64,000 nucleotides of DNA from a virus. The position numbers and the translations under genes were made by a program. Location: positions 10,466 through 74,465 of the IMG/VR virus record IMGVR_UViG_3300010430_000022; one strand, given 5' to 3'. How positions within the stretch are numbered: position 1 is the stretch's first letter; the number at the start of each line of letters is the position of its first letter. This document shows, piece after piece, positions 63,636 to 64,000 of this stretch. The notes beneath the pieces are model-generated. The model ran no database searches, was not told where the DNA came from, and saw nothing but the letters and a program-made list of their open reading frames with translations.

Positions 63636-64000
63636 ATGGACACACTTTCAGCCCTCGTCTCCTTTCTGGAGGCTTCGGATGTCGTCACGAACCTCACAGA
63701 GGACTCGTCCGTCACGGCGGCGAAGCGGTCACGCCGCACAATCGCGAAGATTGGCGCCCCTGCCACGTCGACGGCTGGCCTGAAGCCACCGTGGCTTCCA
63801 CAGCACTTCAAGGAGCGCTCTCTAGCAAAGAAGCAGAAGCGCATTTCGCGCTTCGCGTCCAGCTTCCACCGATCCTTGAGTCAGGCTCAAGACGTTGTCG
63901 CGAAGAAACACGGTATGCCCCTAGGTGAACCTTTGGGGACAGGAACGAGCGGTGCTGCTTTTGCGCACGGCACGCACAAGCGAACAGTGGTCAAGTTCGA
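63636..64000 (+). CDS. Partial ORF, probable protein-kinase-like fold
   Basis: Open to the window end: MDTLSALVSFLEAS...LGTGTSGAAFAHGTHKRTVVKF (Gly loop plus VxK). Confidence 0.5.
   Translation, partial: MDTLSALVSFLEASDVVTNLTEDSSVTAAKRSRRTIAKIGAPATSTAGLKPPWLPQHFKERSLAKKQKRISRFASSFHRSLSQAQDVVAKKHGMPLGEPLGTGTSGAAFAHGTHKRTVVKF

Noticed and set aside
1-64000. Stop-codon reassignment in a tRNA-rich jumbo phage
   Set aside because: Conserved genes are intact in code 11, all three stops are used, and no CTA/TTA/TCA suppressor tRNA was found in this window.

Overview
A 64-kb GC-rich segment of a large (jumbo-type) tailed phage with T4-superfamily head genes. The host is probably a Planctomycete, inferred from a captured ClpC N-domain. 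Layout: (1) 1-12 kb, paralogous fibre/virion genes with collagen and His-rich repeats, followed by a prolyl-hydroxylase-like 2OG oxygenase. (2) 15-23.7 kb, head module: a dead intein-like gene, gp20-type portal with a mini-intein, scaffold-like proteins, gp21-type prohead protease and gp23-type major capsid protein. (3) 23.7-52 kb, basic His-rich proteins, a CCA-adding enzyme, ParB, DNA methyltransferases, dNMP kinase, ClpN-MazG, class II RNR, dNK, and 2H and HAD RNA end-healing enzymes. (4) 52.8-64 kb, an RNA island: Ro60/Rsr (TROVE) gene, at least 7 Y-RNA-like genes with different tRNA-mimic inserts, tmRNA, about 26 tRNAs, several tRNA mimics, a sirtuin and a polynucleotide-kinase-like gene. 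Three main candidates for new biology: (a) a shared N-terminal 'LxRTxLLxE'-type propeptide on many His/Lys-rich proteins, including four tRNA-repair enzymes, suggesting a capsid-packaged, injected tRNA-repair kit; (b) a modular Y-RNA family displaying anticodon-like decoys; (c) a concerted G18/U55 to A18/G55 rewiring of the tRNA elbow. All calls are by eye from the sequence; no searches were run.
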